Assembly (NCBI GenBank): GCA_020137815.1
Contig: CM035350.1
Coordinates: forward strand, 496,001 to 560,000
Origin: Hormiphora californensis
Taxonomy: Eukaryota > Animalia > Ctenophora
Length of the DNA stretch: 64,000 nucleotides
Reading direction: 5' to 3'
Numbering within the stretch: position 1 is the stretch's first letter; every line of letters begins with the position of its first letter. This document shows positions 62,699 to 64,000 of the stretch, in pieces. The position numbers and the translations under genes were made by a program. The notes beneath the pieces are model-generated. The model had not been told where the DNA came from. It saw nothing but the letters and a program-made list of their open reading frames with translations, and made no database searches.

Positions 62699-63432
62699 TT
62701 AAAAGGCCTAAAAACCCAAATTTTATTTAATTATTTTGAACACTACATCGTAACAAGCATGCTATTGGAGTCCCAAAAAACATAGGTACACGCCCCACAC
62801 GCCCAATGTGAGCCCCTCAAGTTGGGGCCAGTTGGGGTCCCCTTGTAAATGCGCTTGTACTCCTTGAAATGCTAACAATATGATCCTCTCTGAAATTTGA
62901 AGTTTGGGTAAAACGTAGCTTTGTGTTTCAGGTGAGTACCTACATAATCTTTCTTGTCTCTGTATTCTGGTAATTTTTCTCCTAGCTTTGATAAGCTTAA
63001 ATAATAATTGATGAGAAAGATTATGAAATCTAATAAAACACAAGGATAGTTTATATCCTAAATTTTATATTTGAGAGAGGATCATATTGTTAGCATTTCA
63101 AGAAGTACAAGCGCGTTTACAAGGGGACCCCAAATGGGCCCCAACTTGAGGGGCTCCCTCTGGGCTCACCTGAGGCCCGTGTGGCGTGTACCTATGTTTT
63201 TTGGGACTCCAATAGCATGCTTACTACTACTACTACTACTCAGAGTGCCTGGGCTTGCCTACGGCAAGCCCACAGGGACTATCGCAAAGCGATATCGCCG
63301 GCACTAGAGAAGAGTCCCCCCTTCCCCTCCCTTCGCATGGAACTACCATCTGGCAGGTTCACAATATAGCATGCTTGTTACGATGTAGTGTTCAAAAAAA
63401 TTAAATAAAATTTGGGTTTTTAGGCCCTTTAA
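62699..63432. mobile_element. TTAA-flanked foldback (Kolobok-like)
   Basis: TTAA-AAGGCC...GGCCCT-TTAA; ~190-bp arms; right arm split by a SINE. Confidence 0.65.
63223..63365 (-). mobile_element. (TAG)n-tailed SINE-like copy
   Basis: 11-bp TSD ATAGCATGCTT; the empty site is visible in the left arm at ~62750. Confidence 0.8.
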
Positions 63433-64000
63433 CATGGTTTTGAAATTTTGGAGTTGGAACTCCAGACTTGCACGTGCAAGCTTCAAACACAAGTTATAAG
63501 CATGAGACCTTCACCAACTTGTTTGTTTGATCCAAGAAAGGTCCCATGCTTCTAAATTGTGTTTGAAGTTTGCACGTGCATGTACGTTCCTAGTTATCAA
63601 TGCATATTCATAGCATTTCAAACACAACATTGGGTCGTCTTTTCAACAAACTTTTAGTTGGATACCAAGGAATGTTACACACAATTTGTTTAGAAATTAT
63701 TTTAACTTTCGTTTTCGTGCACCTCTCACTTTAATCATACTATTATTAAAGCAAATAGGGAAATGATGTGTCCCGTTTTTTTAACCAAATATGGCAAAAA
63801 GTGTTCCTATTTCCTGGAAATGGCCTTTTGCACGTGTTGTCCCTAGAGGGACCCTGGCAACCTGCCAGCTTGAGCCTTAAACTGCACGTGCATCCTTGAT
63901 TCATCTCTCTGCCGTTTGTGTGATGGATCGTTTACTCGATTTGATCTGTTCACCACGATTCGTGAACATGACTACTCAACTTCAACACAATCGCCAGCGA

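Overview
Repeat-dense animal genomic DNA. Short introns, antisense-nested exons and the ORF1 style suggest a ctenophore or other invertebrate, but this is an unverified inference. Three spliced genes can be built by hand with GT-AG junctions and consistent phases: (1) the 5' end of a cGMP-dependent protein kinase on the minus strand (4762 to 1886, running off the left edge); (2) a Ly6/uPAR (three-finger, quiver-like) membrane protein on the minus strand (29513 to 22945) with an in-frame TGA where a conserved Cys is expected; (3) a PDIA4/ERp72-like protein on the plus strand (33222 to beyond 53007) with a CGNC first thioredoxin domain and a Cys-less second domain. Most of the remainder is mobile DNA. 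A 5'-truncated CR1/L2-type LINE (9524 to ~18015) is split by a Merlin/MULE-like foldback, a Helitron (itself carrying a TTAGGG-bearing MITE) and an ORF1-only retroelement (itself hit by a hAT MITE and others). The window also holds a second ORF1-only retroelement, a tRNA-derived SINE family including a 5'-inverted copy, a (TAG)n-tailed SINE-like family, HINE/Helentron-like pairs, Tc1/pogo-, PIF-, Transib-, Kolobok- and CACTA-like MITEs, and two Penelope-type minimal hammerhead motifs. One 100-N gap and two low-quality stretches are present. All gene models and superfamily calls were made by eye from termini, TSD lengths and motifs.
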